DNA of 64,000 nt, taken from assembly GCA_965541615.1 (NCBI GenBank), contig CBEUCJ010000002.1, positions 223,795 through 287,794 on the forward strand, written 5' to 3'. Below are positions 51,887 through 61,531 of the stretch, in pieces; the first letter of the stretch is position 1; each line of letters begins with the position of its first letter. Both the position numbers and the translations under genes were made by a program. Under the pieces are notes generated by a model. It ran no database searches. It had not been told where the DNA came from and saw only the letters and a program-made list of their open reading frames with translations. The stretch is from an uncultured bacterium. Lineage in GTDB: Bacteria > Omnitrophota > Gorgyraeia > Duberdicusellales > CBEUCJ01.

Positions 51887-52638
51887 TTCACATAGTTTAT
51901 TAATCTTCCTATACCTTCAATCTCCACACAAACTTTATCTCCTTTTTTCATACTACCTACTCCTGCTGGAGTTCCACAAGAGATTATATCACCTTCTAAA
52001 AGTGTCATGCATTTAGATATAAAAGACAATAACTCATAAGGAGTAAATATAAAATTTTTAGTATTTGCATCCTGCTTTAGTTTATCATTAAGATACAATT
52101 TTATATCCAAATTTAAAACATCTTTTACTTCGGTTTCTATCCAAGGACCCAGTGGACAAAAAGTATCAAAAGACTTTGCTCTCGTCCATTGCCCTTCTTT
52201 CTTCTGAATATCGCGAGCTGTAACATCATTTAAGCAACTAAAACCTAAAATATATTCTTTAGCTTTTTTTACAGAAACATTCTTACATTTTTCTTTTATT
52301 ATAAAACAGAGTTCAGCTTCATAATCTAATCTTTTAACTTCAGAAGGATATATTATAAAATCTCTGTGACCTATCAAACTTGAAGGTGGTTTTAAAAATA
52401 TAATTGGGGTTTTTGGTATCTTCATATTAAGTTCTTTTGCATGATCTTTAAAATTTAAACCTACTAACACGATCTTTGAAGGCTTTGTAGGAGGTAATAG
52501 TTTTACTTTTTTATAAGGAATCTTTAAATCTGTAATTTTGAAACTTTTAAAGATATTTCCTTTTAAAACTCTTAAAACACTTTTTTCTTTTATTCCATAA
52601 TACTCTTTATTTTTATATAAAAATCTTACTATTTTTAT
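51883..52638 (-). CDS. Fumarylacetoacetate hydrolase family protein; probable ATA start at 52638 (track start 52470 is truncated)
   Basis: GLNF..H, FLKPPSS, DYEAEL, NDVTARD.Q, WTRAKSFDTFCPLGP, GTPAGVG; frame stays open upstream as (M)KIVRFLYKNKEYYG...VKLLPPTKPSKIV. Confidence 0.88.
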   Translation of the reverse strand: MKIVRFLYKNKEYYGIKEKSVLRVLKGNIFKSFKITDLKIPYKKVKLLPPTKPSKIVLVGLNFKDHAKELNMKIPKTPIIFLKPPSSLIGHRDFIIYPSEVKRLDYEAELCFIIKEKCKNVSVKKAKEYILGFSCLNDVTARDIQKKEGQWTRAKSFDTFCPLGPWIETEVKDVLNLDIKLYLNDKLKQDANTKNFIFTPYELLSFISKCMTLLEGDIISCGTPAGVGSMKKGDKVCVEIEGIGRLINYVK

Positions 52639-53366
52639 TTCTTTACCTCCTCTCTTTTAGGAGGATATCTTCTGCAACTAAACTTACCTTCAGGACAGTA
52701 TCCTAACCATTCACACTTAGGTCCTGCTTTATAAAATACAGCTGGCAATTTCTTCTTACATATCTCTAACATTTTATTAGCTAACTCTCTTATCTCCCAC
52801 TGCGCTCTCTGACAACACCTCAATCTAAAAAAGTGTAAAAGTTCTCTACAGTTCATAGTAACTATTATCTTTGTCTCTATTGCTTGGGGCAATATGTATC
52901 TTGCATCTTGATATGCTTTTTCTCCTTTGATCCCTTTCTCTTTTAATCTATTTATTATAAAATTGTAACAATCCTGAAGTTCTTTTAAAGTTTGTGTAAA
53001 TTTCTTTTTCAAAACTTTATCTTCCTTTATAGTGGGGGGAATTATTACATCAAAATCTTTTTCTTTTACATACCTTTGACTTTGCTGAGAATAAGAAGCT
53101 AATCTATGCCTTACTAACTGGTGAGTTAAAACTCTGGAAACTCCTTCTATAGCAAATGTAAATTTAACATGCTCTAAAGGACTCTCATGACCTGAAGCTA
53201 CTATCATCTTAATGAATTCTTCTTTTTCTTTCTTTGTAACTTTTTCTTTTAGAATTTGATGAGCAGATTTTGGAGAATAACACTGTCTGCATGCTGTATA
53301 TATAATATCTAAAGCTTTAGGGGTAAAATCCAGTAATTTTACTTTTAATCTAACAGATTTAGGCAT
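52635..53366 (-). CDS. thyX: FAD-dependent thymidylate synthase
   Basis: GHESPLEH, SRVLTHQLVRHRLASYSQQSQRY, DARYILP, AQWEIR. Confidence 0.96.
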   Translation of the reverse strand: MPKSVRLKVKLLDFTPKALDIIYTACRQCYSPKSAHQILKEKVTKKEKEEFIKMIVASGHESPLEHVKFTFAIEGVSRVLTHQLVRHRLASYSQQSQRYVKEKDFDVIIPPTIKEDKVLKKKFTQTLKELQDCYNFIINRLKEKGIKGEKAYQDARYILPQAIETKIIVTMNCRELLHFFRLRCCQRAQWEIRELANKMLEICKKKLPAVFYKAGPKCEWLGYCPEGKFSCRRYPPKREEVKK

Positions 53367-54045
53367 CTTTTTTTATCAAAATATTAACTTTTTCCTGGAA
53401 TTTTTTAATCTCTTCTTCAGTAAAATTAATCTTCTCTAATAAATAAGGAGAAATTATTTTTTCTGATGCAAAAAATTTCTGCAAAATGTAATTCTTTGCT
53501 CCTTTAATGTAGTTAGCTATAATTTCTATATCTTTAAAATCTAAAAACTCTTTAATTAAAACTGTTCTGAAAAGATAATCTATTCCAGAATTCATAATTA
53601 TCTTTATACTTTCTTGTATCTTTTTAGTATCTACCTGTACTCCACATACTTTTTCATATTTCTCAAAAGGAGCTTTTATATCCATAGCTACAAAATCTAT
53701 CAATTTTTTTTCTATTAACTCTTTTAACTTTTCAGGAAAGCTTCCGTTAGTATCTAACTTTATTGAGTATCCGTAGTCTTTTACTTTTTTTAAAAAATCT
53801 GGTAAATCTTTTTGTAAAAGAGGTTCACCACCTGTAATTACTACTCCTTCTAAGACACCTCTTCTTTTTTCTAAGAAAGAGAGCACCTCTTCTTCTGGAA
53901 TAGGAGGAGTAAATAATTCAGGTTTTACTAATTCTGGATTATAACAATAATGGCATCTAAAATTACATCCTTGAGTGAATATAATAGCTGAAATTTTTTT
54001 TGGATAATCTATTAAAGAAAATTTTTGAAACCCACCTATTAACAA
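53359..54045 (-). CDS. nrdG: Anaerobic ribonucleotide reductase activating radical SAM enzyme
   Basis: SLIDYP, GCNFRCHYCYN, ITGGEP, KLDTNG; follows nrdD. Confidence 0.92.
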   Translation of the reverse strand: MLIGGFQKFSLIDYPKKISAIIFTQGCNFRCHYCYNPELVKPELFTPPIPEEEVLSFLEKRRGVLEGVVITGGEPLLQKDLPDFLKKVKDYGYSIKLDTNGSFPEKLKELIEKKLIDFVAMDIKAPFEKYEKVCGVQVDTKKIQESIKIIMNSGIDYLFRTVLIKEFLDFKDIEIIANYIKGAKNYILQKFFASEKIISPYLLEKINFTEEEIKKFQEKVNILIKKDA

Positions 54046-56132
54046 CTAACTCTAAATTTTTTTCTCAATTTAAACTCTTCTCTTTTCCCCTTATTCCATT
54101 GGCTAATAGGTCTCAAATAACCTACTATTCTTGAATAAACTTCACATTGACTTTCACATTTAGGACAGAACTGATGCTCTCCACTTATGTATCCATGTTG
54201 AGGGCAGATACTAAATGTAGGAGTGATTGTAAAATATGGTAAGCTGTAATTCTCACATATCTTTTTAACTAATTTTTTAACTACTTGATTATCTGTTATC
54301 CTTTCACCTACAAAAATATGTAAGACTGTGCCACCTGTATATTTTGATTGAATTTCATCTTGCAATTCTAAAACTTCAAATACATCATCTGTGTAATTCA
54401 CAGGTAGTTGAGTAGAATTTGTATAAAAGGGTTCTGCTCCTCTCTTAAATTCAGATTCATTTGCACAGATAATATCTGGGTATTTTTCTTTATCTAATTT
54501 AGCTAACCTGTAAGAAGTACTTTCAGCAGGGGTAGCTTCTAAATTGTAGTTATTGTTGGTCTCTTTTTGAAATTCTAAAAGCTTTTGTCTCATAAAATCT
54601 AAAACCTTTAATGTAAATTCTATACTCTCTTTAGAACCTAAATCTTTTTTAAGAAAATTCAAACAAGCTTCATTCATCCCCACCAAACCTATTGTAGAAA
54701 AATGATTCTTCCAATACTGTCCAAATCTTTTCTTTATATCTCTTAAATAGAACTTAGCATAAGGGTATAAATCTTTTTCTGTCAAATTTTCTAAAACTTT
54801 TCTCTTTATCTCTAAACTTTCTTTTGCTAACTCCATTAAATAATCTAATCTTTCAAAAAACTCAGACTCTGTCTTTGATAAGTATCCTATTCTTGGCATG
54901 TTAATAGTCACTACACCTATTGAACCTGTTAAAGGAGAAGCTCCAAATAAACCTCCACCTCTTCTTTCCAACTTTCTATTATCTATCCTCAACCTACAAC
55001 ACATACTCCTTGCATCTTCTGGTTTCATATCTGAATTTACAAAATTTGCAAAATATGGGATTCCGTATTTGGCAGTAATCTCCCAAAGTAAATTTAGGTT
55101 TTCATTGTCCCAATCAAAATCTTTAGTAATATTGTAGGTAGGAATAGGGAAAGTAAAAACTCTTCCTTTTGCATCTCCCTCCAGCATTACTTCAAAAAAA
55201 GCTTTATTAAACATATCTATCTCTTTTTGAAATTCTTTATAAGTCTCTTTTTGAACTTTTCCTCCAATTATTACTCCCTGATCTTTATAATAATCAGGAG
55301 GTTTTAAATCCAAAGTAATATTAGTAAAAGGAGTTTGAAACCCTACTCTTGTAGGAACATTTATATTAAAAACGAATTCTTGAAGAGCTTGTTTTACTTC
55401 TTTATAAGTTAAACCATCGTATCTTATAAAAGGAGCTAACAATGTATCAAAGTTACTGAAAGCTTGAGCACCTGCAGCTTCTCCTTGAAGAGTATAAAAG
55501 AAATTGACTACTTGACCTAAAGCACTTCTAAAGTGCTTTGCAGGTTTAGATTCTACTTTACCAACAGCACCCCTAAAACCAGTTAACAACAGATCATATA
55601 AATCCCAACCCACACAATATACAGAAAGGAGATTTAAATCATGTATATGAAAATCTCCATTTAAATGAGCTTCTTTTATTTTTGGAGGATAAATTTTATT
55701 TAACCAGTATATCTTGCTGATCTCTGAAGAAATATAGTTATTTAAACCTTGCAAAGAAAAACTCATGTTGCTATTTTCATTTACCTGCCAATCTAATCTC
55801 TCTAAATATTGAGTAACTAAATCTACTCCTGCTTTGTTCTTTATCTCTCTGATCTTTGCATGTTGATCTCTGTAGATAATATAGGCTTTAGCTGTTTTTT
55901 TGTAAGGAGATGAGATTAAAACTTCTTCGACTATATCTTGAATCTCTTCAACTGTAGGGATTCTATCTTTTATTACCTGATGAGCTAAATTTAAAACTCT
56001 TAAAGTTAATTTTTTTGCGACTTCTATATCAAACTCTCCTGTAGCTCTTCCTGCTTTAAGGATAGCTTGAGTAATTTTTTCAGAATTAAAATCGACTATT
56101 CTTCCATCTCTCTTTACGATCTTCTCAAACAT
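54039..56132 (-). CDS. nrdD: Class III anaerobic ribonucleoside-triphosphate reductase with ATP-cone
   Basis: IVKRDGR ATP-cone, HIHDL, RSMCCRL, EATPAES, YTGGT, CPQHG..CPKC, YSRIVGYL glycyl-radical loop; AAGGAGG SD. Confidence 0.96.
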   Translation of the reverse strand: MFEKIVKRDGRIVDFNSEKITQAILKAGRATGEFDIEVAKKLTLRVLNLAHQVIKDRIPTVEEIQDIVEEVLISSPYKKTAKAYIIYRDQHAKIREIKNKAGVDLVTQYLERLDWQVNENSNMSFSLQGLNNYISSEISKIYWLNKIYPPKIKEAHLNGDFHIHDLNLLSVYCVGWDLYDLLLTGFRGAVGKVESKPAKHFRSALGQVVNFFYTLQGEAAGAQAFSNFDTLLAPFIRYDGLTYKEVKQALQEFVFNINVPTRVGFQTPFTNITLDLKPPDYYKDQGVIIGGKVQKETYKEFQKEIDMFNKAFFEVMLEGDAKGRVFTFPIPTYNITKDFDWDNENLNLLWEITAKYGIPYFANFVNSDMKPEDARSMCCRLRIDNRKLERRGGGLFGASPLTGSIGVVTINMPRIGYLSKTESEFFERLDYLMELAKESLEIKRKVLENLTEKDLYPYAKFYLRDIKKRFGQYWKNHFSTIGLVGMNEACLNFLKKDLGSKESIEFTLKVLDFMRQKLLEFQKETNNNYNLEATPAESTSYRLAKLDKEKYPDIICANESEFKRGAEPFYTNSTQLPVNYTDDVFEVLELQDEIQSKYTGGTVLHIFVGERITDNQVVKKLVKKICENYSLPYFTITPTFSICPQHGYISGEHQFCPKCESQCEVYSRIVGYLRPISQWNKGKREEFKLRKKFRVSC

Positions 56133-56232
56133 AATTTCCTCCTTCTTTTTTATTTATCAGAAAAAGGTTTGAAGTCAATCAAAACTTTTATTATTATAAT
56201 ATAAAATAAGATTTTAACAAAGAGCTTTAAAA

Positions 56233-56478
56233 ATGCCTATTTATGTATATAAAGCTGTTAAAAAAGGGTGTCCATATTGTAAAGAAGGTTTTGAAGTTTT
56301 CCAAAAAGTAGATGATGCTCCTATCACTGAATGTCCTAAATGTAAATCTCAAGTAAAAAGAGTATTCTCTCAGTTTTCTATAGGCTTTTCTAAGACCTCC
56401 TTTGAAAGAAAAGCCAAAGAAAAAGGATTTCATAAGTTAAAAAGAGTAGATAAAGGAAAATACGAAAAAATTTATTAA
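56233..56478 (+). CDS. FmdB-family zinc-ribbon protein
   Basis: MPIYVY, CPYC..FEV.Q, CPKC..VKRVFS. Confidence 0.85.
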   Translation: MPIYVYKAVKKGCPYCKEGFEVFQKVDDAPITECPKCKSQVKRVFSQFSIGFSKTSFERKAKEKGFHKLKRVDKGKYEKIY

Positions 56479-57717
56479 TTAAACTTTCTGTGCATAAGTA
56501 TATACTTGGTTGATTTGAGTTATCTTCACTTGTGAAAACTCATTTAATTTAATATCATTCTTTTCCTTTACAAATACTTTAATGTAGTTATCTGATAAAC
56601 CTATTTTAAATTGACAGTTTTGGACTTCAAATAATACTCTCAAAGTCTGATTCAAAAAATTCTTTCTAAAATTTAATGACAATTCATTGCAAACCTCTTC
56701 TAAAACCTTTTTTCTCCTCTTAATTTCTTTAACATCTACACTTTCATTAAAATGAGGAGTTAAAGGTCTCTTACTAAAGCTAAATATATGGACTTTTAAA
56801 GGTAAAACTTTTTTTAAAAATCTAATCGTATTTTCAAAATTCTCTATTTTTTCTGTAGGAAAACCTACAATTATATCTGTAGTAATGGAAGCTCCTTTTA
56901 TTTTTTCTTTTACAGTCTCACAAATTTTTAAATAATCTGAAACACTACATTTTCTATTCATTGATTTTAGAACCTTGTCATCTCCTGACTGAAAAGGTAT
57001 GTGCAAATGGTTACACATCTTTTCATTTTGAGAAATAAATTCTACTAAATCAGAATTAACATCTTGTGGTTCTATAGAAGATAATCTCACTCTAAAATTT
57101 GCTTTTAATTTTGTAATCTCTTCTAATAGCCTCAATAAACCAAATTTCTCCCCAAAATCTTTTCCATACTTTCCCAAACATACTCCTGAAAGCACAACTT
57201 CTTTGTATCCTGAATCTAACAATCTCTTTATCTCATCTAATATTTCTTCTTTGGGTCTGGAAGCAGGTCTTCCTCTCACATAAGGAATTACACAAAAACT
57301 ACAAAAGTTATCACATCCTGTTTGGACTTTTACAAAAGCTCTTGTATGGTTTTTAAAATAAGATATCCCTATTTTTTCTGAATCACTATATGGTTTTCCT
57401 AAGAATTTTAAAATCTTATATTTTTCTTCATTCTTAATGAGAATGTCTGCTAAGTCTTTTAAATTTTCTTTGCCATAAAGATTTACTAAACAACCACATA
57501 AAATTAACTTTGAAGAAGGGAAGTTTTTTCTTAACTTTCTTAAAATCTCTTTTGTTTTGTTCTCTGCTCTTTGGGTTACACAACAAGAATTAATTATAAA
57601 AATATCAGGTTTCTCATCAGATTCTGTAAAACCTGCTTTTAATAAGAGTTCTCTCATTAGCTGAGATTCATATTGATTTAATTTACATCCAAAATCTATT
57701 ATTTTAAAATTCTTCAT
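56479..57717 (-). CDS. mtaB: tRNA t6A37 methylthiotransferase
   Basis: GCKLNQYES, INSCCVT, TRAFVKVQTGCDNFCSFC, RLSSIEP, HLHIP.QSG; follows rsmE. Confidence 0.93.
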   Translation of the reverse strand: MKNFKIIDFGCKLNQYESQLMRELLLKAGFTESDEKPDIFIINSCCVTQRAENKTKEILRKLRKNFPSSKLILCGCLVNLYGKENLKDLADILIKNEEKYKILKFLGKPYSDSEKIGISYFKNHTRAFVKVQTGCDNFCSFCVIPYVRGRPASRPKEEILDEIKRLLDSGYKEVVLSGVCLGKYGKDFGEKFGLLRLLEEITKLKANFRVRLSSIEPQDVNSDLVEFISQNEKMCNHLHIPFQSGDDKVLKSMNRKCSVSDYLKICETVKEKIKGASITTDIIVGFPTEKIENFENTIRFLKKVLPLKVHIFSFSKRPLTPHFNESVDVKEIKRRKKVLEEVCNELSLNFRKNFLNQTLRVLFEVQNCQFKIGLSDNYIKVFVKEKNDIKLNEFSQVKITQINQVYTYAQKV

Positions 57718-58430
57718 CTTTTAAACAAAAAGCTTAAGAGACCTGTAAGAAAAATTCCTGCGGTTTCAGTCCTTAAAATATTCATTGAAAGTTTGCATAA
57801 AAGAAATCCTTTTTGCTTAGCTAAATTTACTTCGCTTTGAGAGAAATCTCCTTCTGGACCTATGAAAAGATTTATATTTTTGTATTTATTTAAACCAGAT
57901 ATTACAGAGTTAAAATCTTTACTTTCTTCATTTAAAGAAAACAAAATATTAATAGATGAATTTAAATTTCCAACAAAATCCAATGCTTTTCTGAAATCAA
58001 TGGGTTTAGAAATCTTTGGAAGAAATAACCTGCCAGATTGAGCTGTAGCTTGTTGGGCTATCTTCATTATCCTATTAAAATTTAAATCTAACTTTTGTTG
58101 ATTTTTGCACTTTAAAGGAAAAATAATATCGGCACCTAATTCTGTAGCTTTTTCTACTAATAACTCAAATTTATTTTTTTTAGGTATTGCACAAAAAAGA
58201 TTGATAAAAGGGTATGTAGGTAACTTTTCTTCTATAACTTCTATATTTTTTATTTCAAATATCTTTTTTTTCTTATCTATCTTTTCAATTTGAGCTTTAA
58301 ATTTTTTTCCTTTTCCATCTGTAAAAAGAATCTCCTCTCCTTCTTTCTTTCTCAAAACATCAATTACATGATGATAAATTTCTCTATCTTCTATTTTATT
58401 TTTAAGATGGGGTAAAAAGATGAGGTGCAT
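57714..58430 (-). CDS. rsmE: 16S rRNA m3U1498 methyltransferase
   Basis: HH..DVLR, EKATELG, QSGR, IGPEGDFS, ILRTETAG. Confidence 0.93.
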   Translation of the reverse strand: MHLIFLPHLKNKIEDREIYHHVIDVLRKKEGEEILFTDGKGKKFKAQIEKIDKKKKIFEIKNIEVIEEKLPTYPFINLFCAIPKKNKFELLVEKATELGADIIFPLKCKNQQKLDLNFNRIMKIAQQATAQSGRLFLPKISKPIDFRKALDFVGNLNSSINILFSLNEESKDFNSVISGLNKYKNINLFIGPEGDFSQSEVNLAKQKGFLLCKLSMNILRTETAGIFLTGLLSFLFKR

Positions 58431-59878
58431 TAATATTCTTTTTCACTGAATACTTCAGCTGTAAAAGTATAAATTTCTGTATCTTCCTCTTTCCAACAAT
58501 CAGGACTCAAACCTGCTTTTAAACAGGTGTGTGTTAAAAAAGTAGCTCTATCCCAATTGTATTCTGTAGCTACTTGAGGCAACAAAAGACCAGAGAAAAA
58601 CCCTTTTTTTATAAACAGACCGTGTTTGCCTACCTCTACTTCTTTGATATCAGTTATCCTTTTAAAAGGACTTAAGATTGAAATTTCAATCTCTATATCA
58701 CTAAACTCATCTTTTGTAAGTGGTGTAAATCTTGGGTCTCTAAAGGCTGCTTCTATAGCCATTAAAGATACTGCTTTATACAAAGGTAAATCTGCTACTA
58801 TTCTTCCTATACACCCTCTCAGAGCATTATGCTTTTTTAAAGTAACAAAGCAAGCTGCAGGTTCTTTTAATTGGGGGTCTTCTACTTCAAATTCAGTGAC
58901 TTTTCCTTTTTCTAAATACTCTTTAATACTATTCCTTGCTATCTCTAACAATTTTTTCCTTTGTTCTCTACTTAACATCTTTTTCTCCTCCTCTCTTTCT
59001 TCTTGAACAAAAGCAAATGCTAAATACCCTACCACTTTCGAGAAATCACCTGAAGTGTAACCTGAATGTGAGTATTTTAAAAAAACAGGTTTTAAATTTA
59101 ATTCTTTAGCTACCAATAACAAAAGAGTAATAGGTATATACCCACAAGCTTCTATCTCTCTTTTCTGAATCTTAGAATAGAACTCTTGAGCAGATAAATC
59201 TTTTATTAATCTAATAGTCTGTGAATCTATCTTTTCAGCTTCTGCAGCTGGATGATAATGAGAAAGGTCAGATGAAACTACTAATAAAGTATCCTCTTTT
59301 TTTAAAATATCTTTTATTAATCTGCTTAATTCTACTAAATCTTGATAGCTTAAATCTCCAACTACTATAGGGACTATTTTAAATCCTTTTTCTAAAACTA
59401 CTTGCAAAAAGGGGATCTCTACTTCTACTGAATGTTCTTTTGAAAAAGCTTCTTTTCTTAAAGAAGCTTTTTTAAATTTCTCTAAAATCATCTCAGAAAT
59501 TTGAGTATCTATTTCCACTATTCCTAATGGTGTCTCAAAAGCTCCTCTTGGATAGATAGATATTCCTTCAAAATACACATAATGAGAAGGACCTAAAATT
59601 AATACTGTTTTATAACTTTCATTTCTAACTGTCTTAAAAGAATAAGCTGCAATAGGTCCTGAATAGATATAACCTGCATGGGGAGCTATTAAAGCTTTTA
59701 CTTTACCTTTTATGGAAGGAAGTTGGGCTTCTTTTAAGAACTCCTGAATCTGTGAAATTAATTTTTTTCTATCTGAAGGATAAAATAGACCAGCTACATT
59801 AGGCTTTTTTATTTCAGAAAATCCTGTATTATTCATTATAAAAATTAGAGTGAATAAAATAATACACCTTTTTACCAC
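58430..59878 (-). CDS. amrB: AmmeMemoRadiSam protein B-A fusion (MEMO1 + AMMECR1) with signal-like N-terminus
   Basis: VAGLFYP, PHAGYIYSG, EHSVEV, SSDLSHY, EACG, VVGY, then CFVTL, LRGCIG, DPRF, GLLLPQV, CLKAG. Confidence 0.92.
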   Translation of the reverse strand: MVKRCIILFTLIFIMNNTGFSEIKKPNVAGLFYPSDRKKLISQIQEFLKEAQLPSIKGKVKALIAPHAGYIYSGPIAAYSFKTVRNESYKTVLILGPSHYVYFEGISIYPRGAFETPLGIVEIDTQISEMILEKFKKASLRKEAFSKEHSVEVEIPFLQVVLEKGFKIVPIVVGDLSYQDLVELSRLIKDILKKEDTLLVVSSDLSHYHPAAEAEKIDSQTIRLIKDLSAQEFYSKIQKREIEACGYIPITLLLLVAKELNLKPVFLKYSHSGYTSGDFSKVVGYLAFAFVQEEREEEKKMLSREQRKKLLEIARNSIKEYLEKGKVTEFEVEDPQLKEPAACFVTLKKHNALRGCIGRIVADLPLYKAVSLMAIEAAFRDPRFTPLTKDEFSDIEIEISILSPFKRITDIKEVEVGKHGLFIKKGFFSGLLLPQVATEYNWDRATFLTHTCLKAGLSPDCWKEEDTEIYTFTAEVFSEKEY

Positions 59879-59929
59879 AATCTTTTAAATTATAATCCTC
59901 TGTTTTCTACAAAGCAATAGAAAAAATCT

Positions 59930-60172
59930 TTAAAGAACTTTTGCTTCACTCATAATCTTTTTTATAAATGAATTTTTCTTCTTCAGCTTCTTAAACTCTT
60001 GAGGAGTGTAAATTAAAGGTTCTATTGGAAGATCTGTTAAAGCTGTTATCTTTTGAATCCTTTCAAAAAACTTCTCTTTAAAGTCTCCTGCAATTATTAA
60101 ATCGATATCACTTGCTTCATGTACTTCTCCTTTTGCAAAGGATCCAAAAAGATAGACTTCTTTTATAAGCAT
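59930..60172 (-). CDS. MNT-family minimal nucleotidyltransferase (antitoxin-like), N-terminally shortened
   Basis: YLFGSFAKG...SDIDL motif, IEPLIYTPQEF; GAGGA lies 9 nt before ATG 60172. Confidence 0.8.
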   Translation of the reverse strand: MLIKEVYLFGSFAKGEVHEASDIDLIIAGDFKEKFFERIQKITALTDLPIEPLIYTPQEFKKLKKKNSFIKKIMSEAKVL

Positions 60173-60296
60173 TTGTCTGCATCCTCTTTATCATAATATA
60201 ATCCACAGGAGCTAAATCTTCATCTTTAAAGCTATCTTTGGCAGCTTTTAAATCTGCTTCTGCTTGTCTTAACCAACGTTTAGCTTCCTTTCGCAT
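60160..60296 (-). pseudogene. HEPN-domain toxin remnant (internal deletion plus frameshift); 3' boundary approximate
   Basis: MRKEAKRWLRQAEADLKAAKDS (HEPN N-terminal helix) joined directly to DLAPVD, then after a 2-nt shift YYDKEDADKCL (HEPN C-terminal part); central region missing; upstream of MNT. Confidence 0.72.
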
Positions 60297-60318
60297 AATT
60301 TCTTTTTAAAATTTTACT

Positions 60319-61080
60319 TTATATTCTTTTCATCTTAAAGAGTTTTCTTAAAAAAATTAAGTTAAGGATTCCTACACCAACAAAAATCATTGAAATGTAT
60401 TGAAAAATTGAAAACATGCCCAAAAAGGGTCTGGGATCTCCTCTTAAAAATTCTATAAGAAATCTAAAAGTTCCATATAACAGAAAATAAAAAGAAAAGA
60501 CTTCTCCTAAAAATCTTCTTCTTTTATAAATTCTCAACAAGATTAAAAAAATTATAAAAAGGAAAAATGAAGAGATTAACTGGGTGGGAATAACTTTTAC
60601 TCCTAAAGCACCTGCTGGTGAATCGGGTTTAAATAAAATCCCAAATTTTTCAGAAGGCTTACCATAGCAACATCCATTCAAAAAACAACCTATTCTTCCT
60701 ATACTATGTCCTAAAACTAAACCTAAACTAAAAATGTCAGATACTCTTAAAAAATTTATTTTTTTCCTTTTGCACATTATATACAAGCTAAAAATACCTA
60801 AAATGACTCCACCTTGAAAAGCAAAGCCTGCTCTGGAAAATATATAACTTAAAGGTGAATTTAAAAAATTTTTAAGATTTATCAAAATAAAAAGAATCCT
60901 GCCCCCTAATAACCCTAAAAAGAGACTCCAAATAAATAAAGATTCTATAATTTTTAAGTCTAAATTTTCTTTCTTTGCTAAATTTTTTACTAAAATATAA
61001 CTCGTCCATACTCCTAAGAACGCAAGGACTCCATAAGAATAAATTTTAAAATTACCTATTTTAATTAGAACTGGCCACAT
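60319..61080 (-). CDS. lgt: Prolipoprotein diacylglyceryl transferase
   Basis: IYSYG, GGRI, FQGG, IGRIGCFLNGCCYG, PTQL, RFLIEFLRGD. Confidence 0.95.
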   Translation of the reverse strand: MWPVLIKIGNFKIYSYGVLAFLGVWTSYILVKNLAKKENLDLKIIESLFIWSLFLGLLGGRILFILINLKNFLNSPLSYIFSRAGFAFQGGVILGIFSLYIMCKRKKINFLRVSDIFSLGLVLGHSIGRIGCFLNGCCYGKPSEKFGILFKPDSPAGALGVKVIPTQLISSFFLFIIFLILLRIYKRRRFLGEVFSFYFLLYGTFRFLIEFLRGDPRPFLGMFSIFQYISMIFVGVGILNLIFLRKLFKMKRI

Positions 61081-61084
61081 CTTT

Positions 61085-61531
61085 TTAAAACTCCTTTGAA
61101 TCTAAGATAAAAGTTACAGGCCCTGCATTCTCAAGTAAGATGTGCATATATTCTCCAAAGACACCTTTTTCTACTCTTAAACCAAAAGACTTTAAAATAT
61201 CAATAAAATCTTGATAGAACCTCTCAGCTGTTTGGGGTTCTAAACTCAAATGGAAAGAGGGTCTTCTTCCTTTATAGACTTGAGCACAAAGTGTAAATTC
61301 TGAAACACATAAAATCTCAGCTTTAATATCTAAAGCAGATAAATTCATCTTTTTGTTTTCATCCTCAAATATTCTTAAATTTAATATTTTCTGTGCCATC
61401 TTTAATAAGTCTTCTTGTTTATCTCCCCTTTCAAATCCTACAAAAATTAATAAACCTTTACCTATCTGAGAAAAGATTTTGTCTTTTATTATAACTTGAG
61501 CTTTATTTACTCTTTGCAGAACTACTTTCAT
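61085..61531 (-). CDS. dtd: D-aminoacyl-tRNA deacylase
   Basis: MKVVLQRV, LRIFED..KMN, SEFTL, KGRRPSF, G.FG, NAGPVT. Confidence 0.96.
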   Translation of the reverse strand: MKVVLQRVNKAQVIIKDKIFSQIGKGLLIFVGFERGDKQEDLLKMAQKILNLRIFEDENKKMNLSALDIKAEILCVSEFTLCAQVYKGRRPSFHLSLEPQTAERFYQDFIDILKSFGLRVEKGVFGEYMHILLENAGPVTFILDSKEF

